This document shows positions 61,294-64,000 of a stretch of 64,000 nucleotides of DNA, in pieces. The position numbers and the translations under genes were made by a program. The stretch comes from Trichoplax adhaerens (Eukaryota; Animalia; Placozoa): the NCBI RefSeq assembly GCF_000150275.1, contig NW_002060943.1:9766209-9830208 (forward strand), read 5' to 3'. Positions within the stretch are counted from its first letter, which is position 1, and each line of letters begins with the position of its first letter. The notes under the pieces were generated by a model that was not told the DNA's origin, did not search any database, and worked only from the letters and a program-made list of their open reading frames with translations.

Positions 61294-64000
<2,707 letters not shown>

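Overview
AT-rich, compact, intron-rich eukaryotic DNA from an animal. Gene content, short introns and abundant ACAGT/ACTGT pentamer tracts suggest a placozoan such as Trichoplax (inference). Gene order: L-type Cav1 calcium channel alpha-1 (-, runs off the left edge), AGBL5/CCP5 (+), DYRK2 (-), a 54-aa two-exon TOM6-like gene missed by the ORF track (+), C12orf56/DUF4551-like (-), RTCB (-), POLR2L (+), CDK20 (+), an apparently SH3-less NCKIPSD/SPIN90-like gene (+), Bicaudal-D (-) and CFAP100/CCDC37-like (-, runs off the right edge). Main observations: (1) dense palindromic ACAGT/ACTGT arrays lie upstream of every gene start visible in the window and are absent from the convergent 3' intervals; (2) three families of dispersed hairpin elements are embedded in these arrays; (3) Cav1 has two U12-type minor-spliceosome introns, one AT-AC and one GT-AG; (4) RTCB carries a duplicated splice acceptor plus partial exon; (5) the BICD CC1 box is degenerate. 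All homology calls come from recalled family sequences; no database search was run.
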